From positions 1 through 25,599 of the IMG/VR virus record IMGVR_UViG_3300020042_002812: a stretch of DNA of 25,599 nt. One strand, given 5' to 3'. Below the pieces are notes generated by a model. The model saw only the letters and a program-made list of their open reading frames with translations, had not been told where the DNA came from and searched no databases. The DNA comes from a virus (lineage: Duplodnaviria; Caudoviricetes). Shown in pieces: positions 1-8,859 of this stretch. Every line of letters starts with the position of its first letter. The stretch's first letter is position 1. Both the position numbers and the translations under genes were made by a program.

Positions 1-247
1 GCTTAGTCGTGGGGTTGGTGTAAGTACATCCCAAGAAAATACCGACAGTCTGGTTGAGACCAGTGCCAGTAGAAACCGAGGCGCGGGTTACATTACCACG
101 GGATAGAACAACGAAATCACCATAGAAGATGTCAGTCGCGTAGCCATACTGGATGTTGTACATGCGGGTAGAACCAGCAAATACTTGACCCCCAATTAGG
201 TTTTGCGGCAACAGTCCGTACGGTGCTGATACGACAGGATATGCCAT
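1..247 (-). CDS. Putative virion structural protein (possible capsid decoration protein); 3' end lies outside the window
   Basis: Not in the ORF track. Read by hand: ATG at 247 after an AGGAG RBS (253-257), giving MAYPVVSAPYGLLPQNLIGGQVFAGSTRMYNIQYGYATDIFYGDFVVLSRG..., open to the window edge. Function inferred from its place in the head operon. Confidence 0.7.
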   Translation of the reverse strand, partial: MAYPVVSAPYGLLPQNLIGGQVFAGSTRMYNIQYGYATDIFYGDFVVLSRGNVTRASVSTGTGLNQTVGIFLGCTYTNPTTK

Positions 248-264
248 AAAAACTCCTATAAAAA

Positions 265-723
265 TTAAGAACCTGAACCAAATGTGACCTGAGACTTGCG
301 TTCTGCGAACATAGGCATTTTCGGGTCACTGTTACGAAGATAGTTATTGTCCACCGATTCAATCTGGGCTCTGTTCAATTCGGAATAGTGTTTATCCCGT
401 TGTGCCATGAACTCAGCCGGAATACGGCATAACACCAATCCACCTATTTCGATATTGCCTTTGAAGCGACCATCGACAACGGCGTGCACCATTAGCTCGG
501 GGTATTCATCCGCTTTCACGGGCTCATATCCTTCGCGGAACTTTCCAGAGATGTTAGCTGGGTCGGATTGACCCAAAAAGCTGATGCGAATGTACCTGTG
601 ACTCCAGCCGGGGCGGGGGTTAGGTTGTGGAAGCGTTTCTGGAGCACGCCACATATCGGGGCGGGCCCATTCAGAGCGGGTATCCAATTCACGATCTAAA
701 CGATTTTGTTTAACTTCAGCCAT
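265..723 (-). CDS. Phage head-region hypothetical protein (152 aa)
   Basis: Full ORF with a GAGG RBS inside the end of the upstream gene; tightly packed in the structural operon. Confidence 0.8.
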   Translation of the reverse strand: MAEVKQNRLDRELDTRSEWARPDMWRAPETLPQPNPRPGWSHRYIRISFLGQSDPANISGKFREGYEPVKADEYPELMVHAVVDGRFKGNIEIGGLVLCRIPAEFMAQRDKHYSELNRAQIESVDNNYLRNSDPKMPMFAERKSQVTFGSGS

Positions 724-725
724 TT

Positions 726-1673
726 TTAACCTCTTTTAAGTAAAGCAACCTGACGAGCATATTCTTCCAAAGGTACCCCAAGACGACGCGCGGTGGCGGC
801 TTCGGATGCCTTTAACCGAATACGGTTAGGCGATGTGCTACGCGCGGCGGGTGCCACAACAGTAGCTCTAGTTGCACGGCGGGAGGTAGTTTCCTCGTCC
901 GGTTCTTCGCTCTGAGCGTCTTCAAACTGCTCAGGAAATCTTTTGCGCATCGTTTTATCGATGGTGCGGAAGTACTCTTCAGTACCCACGTAGTCCGCAC
1001 CATACTCCTTTTGCAACTTCCTGTCAATACCCATAGCGGCCATTGTCATTTCGTCATCCTGCCCCCACCAATCGGAATTAGCCTGCACCCATTTCTGAGT
1101 GCGGGGGGTTAGTGTCGGTTGTTGCGGTGCAGCATTTGGTGCGGGGGTATATACGCTGTTGTCCACTTGGACAGGGCGCATGTTGCGCACCTTGTCAATC
1201 TTCAGGGTTACTGCGGCAATCTCAGCTTGCGCCTCGGTTAGCGTGTCTACATCCCCAGCTTCATACGCATCTTTGTACTTCTTCTTAGCCGCATTAAGTT
1301 CACTTACCGCGCTATGCTGGGACTGCTCAATATAGGCTTTACTGCCGTTGGCCAGTCGATGTTGAAGACGTTTGTTTTCCTCAAACACCTGCTTAGCAAA
1401 AGTCTCGGCAGCTTCGCGTTCACGAAGAGCTTCTTCCTTGGCGCGGCGCTCATCGTGGTATCCACGAGTGAACTTCTTGATACGCGCTTGGACTTTCTCG
1501 TCGTAGGAAGACAACTCGTCGTCTGTGGGGTCATCGACCGGAGGCGCGGGTTTGCGTCCACGGTCTTGAGCCGGAGTATCGTCTTCAATCTCTACCTCAA
1601 ATTTTTTCTCTGCCTTGGCAGCGGCTTTAGCTTCCTTCTCATCAGGAAACTCAAAATCATCGTATTCAGCCAT
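726..1673 (-). CDS. Putative capsid scaffolding protein (315 aa)
   Basis: Acidic N-terminus, long predicted coiled coil and short basic helical C-terminus (ARRLGVPLEEYARQV); lies downstream of the portal; AAGGAG RBS. Confidence 0.65.
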   Translation of the reverse strand: MAEYDDFEFPDEKEAKAAAKAEKKFEVEIEDDTPAQDRGRKPAPPVDDPTDDELSSYDEKVQARIKKFTRGYHDERRAKEEALREREAAETFAKQVFEENKRLQHRLANGSKAYIEQSQHSAVSELNAAKKKYKDAYEAGDVDTLTEAQAEIAAVTLKIDKVRNMRPVQVDNSVYTPAPNAAPQQPTLTPRTQKWVQANSDWWGQDDEMTMAAMGIDRKLQKEYGADYVGTEEYFRTIDKTMRKRFPEQFEDAQSEEPDEETTSRRATRATVVAPAARSTSPNRIRLKASEAATARRLGVPLEEYARQVALLKRG

Positions 1674-1683
1674 AGATTACTCC

Positions 1684-2094
1684 TTAAGCAGCGCGGGAAA
1701 TACCACGCGGGTCTTCAACTGTTGCCTCGACTGAGGTATCTGCAATGAGTCGGAACTCACGCCCGTGGATTTTCAAGCGGGTGCCTGAATTGGGTCGGAC
1801 AATCACGAAGTCACCCAGTGCGCACGAGGGCCCACTAGGAAATCGAGTTTTGTCTTGGAATGCGTCGGGGCCCATCTTGACCACGAATAGCACTGGGGTC
1901 AGTACTTCTTCATAGTGCATGGTCTTGCTATTCTTAATCAGCCCAACTTCACTGTCCGCATATTCCTCCATAGCTTCTGGGACAACGCACAGTAGCTGAA
2001 AGGTTTTAGGGTCAGGCAACTGCTTAGCTTTGTCTTCTGCACTTGTATTAAGAATGCCGGACAAGTCCACAGCGGCTACATCAAATTCACTCAT
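1684..2094 (-). CDS. GroES/Cpn10-like co-chaperonin (136 aa)
   Basis: GroES-like motifs LPDPKTFQLLC, VVKMGPDAF, GDFVIV and GREFRLI. Start moved to ATG 2094 (GGAG RBS, overlaps the upstream stop) from the track's 2142. Confidence 0.75.
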   Translation of the reverse strand: MSEFDVAAVDLSGILNTSAEDKAKQLPDPKTFQLLCVVPEAMEEYADSEVGLIKNSKTMHYEEVLTPVLFVVKMGPDAFQDKTRFPSGPSCALGDFVIVRPNSGTRLKIHGREFRLIADTSVEATVEDPRGISRAA

Positions 2095-2284
2095 TAGCTT
2101 TCTCCAGTCTTTGCACGAGGTCTCTAACGATGGTTTCCGCATGAGTCAGACCCCGGATGACTCCACAGACATGCCGATACTCGGCAAAATCGTTTGCTCG
2201 ACCCAAAGCTAGAAATGCAGCTTGGTCGGTACGTAATTGTTCAATCTCTTTCGCAAGGTAGTTAAGCACCCGTTCGTTGTCCAT
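2087..2284 (-). CDS. Small helical hypothetical protein (65 aa)
   Basis: ORF immediately downstream of the portal stop and overlapping the GroES-like start. Confidence 0.75.
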   Translation of the reverse strand: MDNERVLNYLAKEIEQLRTDQAAFLALGRANDFAEYRHVCGVIRGLTHAETIVRDLVQRLEKANE

Positions 2285-2286
2285 GA

Positions 2287-4773
2287 TTACCCTTTCCTAG
2301 GTGGTTGTTTCTGCTGCTGGTTGCGCTGCTGCGCCATCTGGGCCTTGTGTTTGGCAATCTCCACGCCTATACGTGTACCCTCAAGCTGCTGGTTTTTAGC
2401 CAGCTTGTCCCGTGCGGCGGCTGCGGTAGCGCCTACCTGCATAGCGGCAATCTCTTTCTGCGCCGTTATGCGTGCTTCTTCCACGCGAATCTGGTCGGCT
2501 TTGGCCGCAGCGTCTGTCGCTTGTTTTTGCTTTTTAAGCTCTAAGTCCTGCTGGCGTAGCTGGAGTTCTTGCATCTGCATCTGGACCACGGGGTCTTGCA
2601 TCTTCTGCTGAGCTTGCTGTTGCTGGGCTTGCTGTTGTGCCTGCTGGAGAATCTGTTGCGATGCATTTGCAGCCAACATTGCAATCTGGTCGGCTAACTC
2701 AGGCGACACTTGCTTGTTCTGCTCTTCGGACGGCAACACCATACCCATCGCCTGCTCAACCTGTTTGCGGTACTCGAACGCAATGTGCTCATTGATGTGC
2801 GCCATAGCTGCGGCCATGATGGCCTGAGACGCCGGGTTCATCTGCATCATCTGCTGAATCTGGGGGTTCTGTATCGCAGACATATGCACTTGTATATGCG
2901 CTTGGTGGTTCTGCTCAATAAACGCCTTGACCGGCTTGCCCATTAGCACGTTCTGGTTCTCTTGTATGGGGTCCGTCGGTATCGCATCCTCATCTACCGG
3001 TACAAGCTTCTCGGCGTTCTTGATGCCCAAGACCTCAATCATCTGGCGGTGCAGAAGGGGAAGGTTGTAGAGTTGCGGGGCTGACTGTGCAAGCTGGAGT
3101 ACAGCTTGGTACTGCACAATCTTCTGTGCCATCGTCGCGGCATTCGGGTCGCTGACCGGGATGACATCCACAGCGTCATAGTCTTCCTTCTTCGCACGGC
3201 GGGTGGCATCCACGGGGTCGTATTCATACTCATCCGGGGTGTAGTCGGCAATGATGACCTTGAGGAGCTTGAACTCCTGCTTCATTGCGTAGTGAATGCG
3301 GGCCTGAACAGCCGTCATCACTTTGAGGGTCCTTTCGAGTAGGGCTAGGGTGGTCCCCACAGGAGCGTTTGTGCTCATGTCGCTGACGTTCATATCCCCG
3401 CTGGATGCAAACGCCCGCCCCTCTTGGACGATGTTCTGGAACAGCGCGAACAAAACCTGACTTGGCTCCTTGTATGGGAGTGGTAGGATGTTGTCACGGA
3501 TAGACCCGCTCGGCACATCCACGTCCCGGAATTCACCCGGCTGGATGGGAGTGTCGTCACCCTTAACACGCAGACCACGAGCCTTCAAGCCACCCGGCAA
3601 ATTAGAGAGGGTTCCTGCATCAATCAACTGACGTTGAATCATCGTGGCGCTACGAGCGTAGCCACCAATCAAGTGAATCAGGCCATACCCATAGAAACCA
3701 AAGCCGGGGATGTACTGGTAGTGCACGAAGTGCTGGCGCTTGATATGAAGCTCATCGTCCTCGTACCAATTGCGTCGGACAGCCAAAACCTTACGGGTAG
3801 CTTTCTCAACAGTCACCACGTACGGCAGCGCGATGCCCGTTAGCTCGCCCTTCTTGTTCTTGTGCTCGAACCCAGCCAAGTCCAAGTCAACGTGCATCTC
3901 AAGAAAGCGGAACCTGTCGTCCTGCAAGGCAGTCATGCCCTGCTCTTCAGCCTTCTGCTTCTCGATGTCATCCAACTCCATCGACGGCTCACCGAGGTCC
4001 ACATCTAAATAGAACCCAGCCTCTTGCAGCTTCAACACCTCGTTCTTGGTCTTACGCATGACGTGCGTAACCCGCTCGGCGGACTCCAAGCTACTGGCCC
4101 CATACGGCACAACGATGTCCTCGGCAGTGACAAACATCGCCATCTGACGGCCTTTGCCGGGGTCGTAGTAGACCTTCTTGAACGCGGAACCTGCCAGCGG
4201 CAGCGACCACAGTAGCTTCTCGTGCTCCGGGCGATACTCAGCCATCACCTCGGTAAGCTGGTAGTTCATGTCCTCGCGCACGCGTGCAGCAGACTCTTCT
4301 TTAAGTATGTCGGTCTCACCCACAATCTGTGTCTTCACCGGCCCCATCGCGGGGAAGGTCTCCATCATTGCCTCGGACTGAAAGCGCACAACTGCCTCGG
4401 TCAGCATCGGGTGGAACACGCCACATGCACCTTGCCACGGCTCAGTCCGCTCTTCGTAGTTCAGGCCCAGCAGCTTCAGCCCGTCGATGTAGGTCTTAAT
4501 CCAGTCCTTACGGTCCATGCCGTCCTTGACAAAATCGTCAACCAAATCGTTACCCAAAGCGTCAAGCTCTCCCTCGTCCATGAACTCGGCCAAGTTCGCA
4601 TCAAAGTCCTCGGCGGTAGCCTCTCGGGGCTCCAAGTCAATCTCTATGTCCCCCATGCTGATACTCATGGACTCCGGGTCTTCGACCTCAATCTCAATAT
4701 CCGGCGCATCCATCATGTCCGCCAACCCTACGGGGGCCGCATACAAAGACTTACCTATTGAACTCGTAGCCAT
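2287..4773 (-). CDS. Portal protein (828 aa, P22-like type with long Q-rich coiled-coil C-terminus)
   Basis: Size, position directly after the large terminase, portal-like motifs (PWQGACGVFHPML, LPLAGSAFKKVYYD, GFYGYGLIHLIGG) and Q-rich helical tail. Confidence 0.85.
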   Translation of the reverse strand: MATSSIGKSLYAAPVGLADMMDAPDIEIEVEDPESMSISMGDIEIDLEPREATAEDFDANLAEFMDEGELDALGNDLVDDFVKDGMDRKDWIKTYIDGLKLLGLNYEERTEPWQGACGVFHPMLTEAVVRFQSEAMMETFPAMGPVKTQIVGETDILKEESAARVREDMNYQLTEVMAEYRPEHEKLLWSLPLAGSAFKKVYYDPGKGRQMAMFVTAEDIVVPYGASSLESAERVTHVMRKTKNEVLKLQEAGFYLDVDLGEPSMELDDIEKQKAEEQGMTALQDDRFRFLEMHVDLDLAGFEHKNKKGELTGIALPYVVTVEKATRKVLAVRRNWYEDDELHIKRQHFVHYQYIPGFGFYGYGLIHLIGGYARSATMIQRQLIDAGTLSNLPGGLKARGLRVKGDDTPIQPGEFRDVDVPSGSIRDNILPLPYKEPSQVLFALFQNIVQEGRAFASSGDMNVSDMSTNAPVGTTLALLERTLKVMTAVQARIHYAMKQEFKLLKVIIADYTPDEYEYDPVDATRRAKKEDYDAVDVIPVSDPNAATMAQKIVQYQAVLQLAQSAPQLYNLPLLHRQMIEVLGIKNAEKLVPVDEDAIPTDPIQENQNVLMGKPVKAFIEQNHQAHIQVHMSAIQNPQIQQMMQMNPASQAIMAAAMAHINEHIAFEYRKQVEQAMGMVLPSEEQNKQVSPELADQIAMLAANASQQILQQAQQQAQQQQAQQKMQDPVVQMQMQELQLRQQDLELKKQKQATDAAAKADQIRVEEARITAQKEIAAMQVGATAAAARDKLAKNQQLEGTRIGVEIAKHKAQMAQQRNQQQKQPPRKG

Positions 4774-4787
4774 ATTTTTCCTTTGCG

Positions 4788-6308
4788 TTAGACTGAATAG
4801 AACCGCTCGTTGCGACGTCTGAAATACTGAATCTCTTCCGGCTCGTCACTGGGCAGTCGGAGAAATCCACCTTGCCTGAACCTCATAAGTGCCAATGTTG
4901 TCGCGTCAACCAAGTCGTCATGCTGGCCGGACGGAAACTCAGCAATCTCATCCACGAGTTCTTCTGCCCATCGTGTTTGTGGCACCCATACTTTTCCCGA
5001 GGCGATTATGTCTGATACTGCGTTGAGACGAGCAATCTTGTCTTGGCCCTTACCCGGCGTGAACCCCTGCACCGGTATGCCCATCGCCCTAAGCTCCATA
5101 ATCAACGGTGCACCGGTAGCTTTCTTCTCGATCAACACCCCGTCCGGCTCAAACTCGTTGTACTCCCGCAGCACATCCCGCTTCAAGTCGGTCCACTCAA
5201 CCCGCTTCCTATATGTATTAAGCAGGATGATGTTCTTGTCTTTCTGGTCCTCGTCCAAGCTGAATATCCCCCACGTCGTCCCAGCGGAGTAGTCGGCCCG
5301 GTTGTTCTTCTCGAACGCCGTGTCCCATGTCTGGAGGATGTACTCGCACTGGGGCGGCTCGTCTTTCTCCCACCACTTCCACCAGTCTCGCTTCACAATC
5401 GCTGACTCGTTACCCACCGGGTTCTGCTGGTACTGCGCCTGCCACTTGGAGTTCGGCAGTTCAGTCCTCAACGCTTCAAGTTCTTCAAATGACCAGAACT
5501 GTGGCCACAGCGGATTGCCCGACGGCAGGATGGCCGGAAACTCAATGACCTCCCACTCCTCACCGCTACGCGCAGCGGATGCACGCAATACCTGACCCGT
5601 CAAGTCCCTTTGAGACCACCGGGTCATCACCACAACAATAGAGCCTCCGGGCTGGAGACGCTGCCTTGGCCCCGATGTGTACCATTCGTACACTTTGTCA
5701 TACACTTCTGGGTTGCTTGCGGCCATTGCCGCCTCTTGCTCTGAGTGCGGGTCGTCAATAATAAGGATGTCGGCACCCTTACCGGTCACCGCACCACCCA
5801 CACCGATAGCGAAGTAGTCTCCACCCTTGCTGGTGTTCCACCGGCCAGCCGCTTTTGAGTCCGCTTGGAGGTGCAGTTCAGGAAAAATCTCGTGGTACAC
5901 GTCCGAATCGACCAAGTTACGCACTTTTCGACCAAATCCGACGGCGAGCTCGGCTGTATGGGACGTCTGGATGACTTTTTTATGCGGAAACTGCCCCAAA
6001 AACCACGCCGGTAGTAGGTAGGACGCAAATTCTGACTTGGTATGCCGTGGCGGCATGTTGATGATGAGCCTTTTGCACTCCCCACGGGCTACGCGCTCGA
6101 ACGCATTGGCCATCCGCTTGTGGTGAGCCCCCGAAATGAACGTAGGCCAGACTTTTTCGACGAATTTTATGAACCTTGTGCTACAAAGTTCTTTTTCTTT
6201 GAGCTTTTCCAGCTTATTTAGCTGCGCTTCGAGCACGCGCAGGTCGCTCTCGCTCAGTTTCCCCGCATCAATCAGAGCTTCGATGTCTTTGAGGGAGATG
6301 TCACTCAT
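4788..6308 (-). CDS. terL: Terminase large subunit (506 aa)
   Basis: Walker A variant MPPRHTKS, Walker B LIIDD, coupling motif MTRW, YQQNP, and nuclease motifs WDTA and HDDLVD. Confidence 0.95.
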   Translation of the reverse strand: MSDISLKDIEALIDAGKLSESDLRVLEAQLNKLEKLKEKELCSTRFIKFVEKVWPTFISGAHHKRMANAFERVARGECKRLIINMPPRHTKSEFASYLLPAWFLGQFPHKKVIQTSHTAELAVGFGRKVRNLVDSDVYHEIFPELHLQADSKAAGRWNTSKGGDYFAIGVGGAVTGKGADILIIDDPHSEQEAAMAASNPEVYDKVYEWYTSGPRQRLQPGGSIVVVMTRWSQRDLTGQVLRASAARSGEEWEVIEFPAILPSGNPLWPQFWSFEELEALRTELPNSKWQAQYQQNPVGNESAIVKRDWWKWWEKDEPPQCEYILQTWDTAFEKNNRADYSAGTTWGIFSLDEDQKDKNIILLNTYRKRVEWTDLKRDVLREYNEFEPDGVLIEKKATGAPLIMELRAMGIPVQGFTPGKGQDKIARLNAVSDIIASGKVWVPQTRWAEELVDEIAEFPSGQHDDLVDATTLALMRFRQGGFLRLPSDEPEEIQYFRRRNERFYSV

Positions 6309-6909
6309 CGTTTTGGGTCTCCAGCTGCTCTTCTTGCTCTGGCTCTACGGGTTGGAACGGTTCCGCTGGCCCAAGCTGGAGGTCGAGGTCGTCTAGGGGG
6401 GTGATGTCCACTACCTCTGCATTGAGCAGGCGCTTGACCCGCTCCTTGATGCTGTTCTCCAGTGTGACCGACGTGGTGTGGTGCACATGGATTTCGCTGC
6501 GCTCGGTGAAGAGTCCGATGTCGCTGTGTTTACCTAGTAGTTCTAACGCCTTAAGTTCGTGTTTCGTGTCTCCGCACGCTGCTATCTCTATTAGGCGGTT
6601 GGTGATGAAGTTGCGCGCTTGTAGCTGGTCGGCAAAAGCGTTGAAGTCGAACTGTTTGATTAGTACCGAAGCTGCTTGTGCCTGTGCAGATACGGCTAGT
6701 GTCTTAGGCTTCTCGGGTTTTCCCTTGCCTAGTATGAGCTTCTTCGCAGATTCTAGGTCTTCGTTGTCGTAGTCAATGCTTCCACCTAGCTGAGCAATCA
6801 GGTCTGCGGTATTTATGGCAATGGCTACGCTATCCGCATGAGTCTTAGGCTGCTCATCAGACATGTCAAACGGAACAGGGTGTTCCGCAGTAGGCGTTAC
6901 GTTAATCAT
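6301..6909 (-). CDS. Putative terminase small subunit (about 202 aa)
   Basis: Overlaps the terL start; contains KALELLGKH...LFTE, typical of small terminases. ATG 6909 preferred over GTG 6939, which falls inside a candidate -10 box. Confidence 0.6.
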   Translation of the reverse strand: MINVTPTAEHPVPFDMSDEQPKTHADSVAIAINTADLIAQLGGSIDYDNEDLESAKKLILGKGKPEKPKTLAVSAQAQAASVLIKQFDFNAFADQLQARNFITNRLIEIAACGDTKHELKALELLGKHSDIGLFTERSEIHVHHTTSVTLENSIKERVKRLLNAEVVDITPLDDLDLQLGPAEPFQPVEPEQEEQLETQNDE

Positions 6910-6937
6910 AGGCACCGAGTAAACGGGAAGATGTACC

Positions 6938-7034
6938 ACTGTAGCACAAAAGGTGGGGGAGGTTGGGACTCCTACCGGCGGGTGCTTCTATAGATGCAAG
7001 GTCGGAAAAAGTACCACAAAATATATAGGGGAGG
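6938..7034 (-). promoter_or_regulatory. Two candidate leftward (late) extended -10 promoters
   Basis: Minus-strand CCTCCCCCACCTTTTGTGCTACAGT (6962-6938) and CCTCCCCTATATATTTTGTGGTACTTT (7034-7008). Both have TGn-TACnnT and no TTGACA. Confidence 0.4.
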
Positions 7035-7188
7035 GGGGCGAAGGATAAAAAAGGGAACCGGGTGTGCTCCACATAGTGTAGGTATCCCGGAGTCCCGGTT
7101 TTGGTATTGGGGTGGTGGGGGTCGGTTTTTTGTTTCGCTGGAATATCATTCTGCCTTGAATGAAAACCCGTTGGGAATACGATAATGC

Positions 7189-7217
7189 TTGACAGATATA
7201 TTACTTTGTGTTACATT
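7189..7217 (+). promoter_or_regulatory. Sigma70-type promoter P1
   Basis: TTGACA (7189-7194), 17 nt, TACATT (7212-7217), with an extended TG. Confidence 0.75.
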
Positions 7218-7285
7218 ATAGACATCGGTTGGGAATCCTCTTAACCGGTATTAGTGTAATCAGTTTATTCGAAGGACAATTTATT

Positions 7286-7843
7286 ATGACATCCATTATC
7301 AAACCTGCCGTTTCCATTGCCCAAAAGCTCACAATTGGCGCTGAAGCTCAGGCCTTACTAGACATTGCTTGCCGTGACTTTGACGTTGCCAAGGAATCCA
7401 TGGGGACAGTCGCTAACCGTTTTTACAGCGACGGTTTTCGGGCTGAGCATTTAAAGCAAAAGGGTGGTGACTTGGAGATAATCAATATCGTGTCAAACGC
7501 TATCGCAAAGTCGATGCCACAATTAGCCCGTGACTTATTCAGTAAAAAGCCCGTTGACTTGAATACTACCGATAAGGCCCTGCGCGCTACATTCATGGTA
7601 GACCTAGGGCAGAAACGGTTAGCCCTTGCAAAGGCCCTTGCCGATTGTGTTGACAAAGAGAATCAAGTCGGCGCAAAGCCCAAAGAATTGGCGGAAATTC
7701 TTGCGGATGAATTGGCGGCAATGGTTCAGCGAATCCATACGGGTAGCGTTGTATCGGTAAAAACGGGTAAGTGCAAGCTCGAAGGCGTGAAAATCGCTGA
7801 GCTAATCAAGCACTTACAAAATGCGGTCAAAGAATTGACCTAA
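7286..7843 (+). CDS. Hypothetical early protein (185 aa), monocistronic
   Basis: ATG 7286 after a GAAGGA RBS; has its own promoter P1 and a downstream terminator. Confidence 0.75.
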   Translation: MTSIIKPAVSIAQKLTIGAEAQALLDIACRDFDVAKESMGTVANRFYSDGFRAEHLKQKGGDLEIINIVSNAIAKSMPQLARDLFSKKPVDLNTTDKALRATFMVDLGQKRLALAKALADCVDKENQVGAKPKELAEILADELAAMVQRIHTGSVVSVKTGKCKLEGVKIAELIKHLQNAVKELT

Positions 7844-7878
7844 GGGTAAACCCTAGGGGCGCAAGCCCCTAGTCCTTG

Positions 7879-7904
7879 AAGCCCCGATTTATCGGGGCTT
7901 TTTT
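7879..7904 (+). terminator. Rho-independent terminator
   Basis: AAGCCCCGAT-TT-ATCGGGGCTT followed by TTTT; preceded by the hairpin CTAGGGGC-GCAA-GCCCCTAG (7853-7872). Confidence 0.85.
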
Positions 7905-7985
7905 GTGTCTGCTGTTTTTTGCTTTGCTTATCATTCAGACTTGAATGATATCCCATTGGTTTTTTTGGTACTGTTTTTCTGTACC

Positions 7986-8083
7986 AGTTCCCTGTGTGGC
8001 TGGGGCAAACAGTTTTTCTGGCATTGTTATGTTCTATTAGTTCCCTGTGTGGCTGGGGCAAGCAGTTTTGGGCAATGTTACGT
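7986..8083. repeat. Imperfect direct repeat, 53-bp spacing, 23-bp identical core
   Basis: AGTTCCCTGTGTGGCTGGGGCAA at 7986-8008 and 8039-8061; each copy is followed by a similar CAGTTTT..GGCA(T/A)TGTTA. Confidence 0.9.
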
Positions 8084-8500
8084 AACAATATGCAATGTTA
8101 CGCTTTTTGGGGTAATGTTATATCGTATCACACGTAAGCTGTTGATTTATAAGCAATGTTATATGTTACAATGTTACAGCGCATGTATGAAGTTCCACCA
8201 AGTTGGAAGGCACAGCAAGTGCTAAGCAATTTGTACCACGCCCCACGTTTATACTTGGTGGACTTTCTTATACCCCTGTAACATTATAACTTTATAACTT
8301 ATATATATATGTTACATTTTTTATTCTTTAGAATCAAGGACTTAGACCACTTTTGGATTGTTACGTTCTTAACTTTATAACGTAACTTTTTGCCCCTAAA
8401 CGTAACACCTTGCGCACCCCAATTCATAACAAAGCCCGCCAACCCAAACCGAAAGATAACATTGTGATTTGTAACACTACAAATGTAACAACGTAATACG
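8070..8500. other. Putative replication origin (TGTTA(C) iterons, two IHF consensus sites, AT-rich core)
   Basis: AATGTTA at 8074, 8094, 8114, 8155 and 8170; the reverse motif (G)TAAC at 8278, 8382, 8402, 8457, 8471 and 8485. WATCAANNNNTTR matches at 8135-8147 (-) and 8332-8344 (+). TATATATATAT at about 8300. Confidence 0.55.
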
Positions 8501-8530
8501 ATTGTCGCCCGATTGCAAAGCTGCATATGC

Positions 8531-8559
8531 TTGACTTATATGTAACTTTGTGGTATACT
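8531..8559 (+). promoter_or_regulatory. Sigma70-type promoter P2
   Basis: TTGACT, 17 nt, TATACT, with an extended TG. Confidence 0.85.
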
Positions 8560-8645
8560 GGCTCTTGAAGTTAGGGAGTTGGAAGTGATAAGAAGTTTAT
8601 ATCTTTGTGTTACGTTGTTATCTTTACATCAGAAAGGTTAGTGTT

Positions 8646-8849
8646 ATGTATATACGTCAACTGGATGAAATCAATTGGGATGGCTTCAAGTCTGCCCGCT
8701 ATCTAAGTCAAAACCTAGTCGACCCCGACATGGACATCAGCGGTGAGCTTGAGTTCGGGGACTATGACGATGCCCTTGCGGGCCTCACCATCTATGAGCC
8801 TATCAGCGTACTGGATACAGTACGCTACCTTAACGGCTACGCCGTATAA
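8646..8849 (+). CDS. Small acidic hypothetical protein (67 aa)
   Basis: ATG 8646 after GAAAGG; first gene behind P2. Confidence 0.65.
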   Translation: MYIRQLDEINWDGFKSARYLSQNLVDPDMDISGELEFGDYDDALAGLTIYEPISVLDTVRYLNGYAV

Positions 8850-8859
8850 GGGGGAGCAA

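Noticed and set aside
2580-2660. CAG/CAA-rich stretch in the portal gene as a DNA repeat element
   Set aside because: It simply encodes the Q-rich coiled-coil tail of the portal.
6030-6060. Terminase Walker A reading HTKS instead of HGKS as an inactivating change
   Set aside because: All other ATPase and nuclease motifs are intact, and deviant P-loops are common in terminases.
1099-6772. Many plus-strand ORFs within the structural arm (and minus-strand ORFs within the early arm)
   Set aside because: They are antisense shadows of long, well-supported genes.
6994-7185. 63-aa plus-strand ORF
   Set aside because: It lies upstream of promoter P1, has no RBS, and its composition reflects G runs.
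7986-8061. 23-bp repeats with a 30-bp gap as a mini-CRISPR array
   Set aside because: There are only two copies, the sequences after each copy resemble one another (a tandem duplication), and there is no cas operon.
7840-8526. ORFs 7840-8088, 7905-8225 and 8299-8526
   Set aside because: They lack an RBS, have low-complexity translations, and overlap the terminator and the iteron array.
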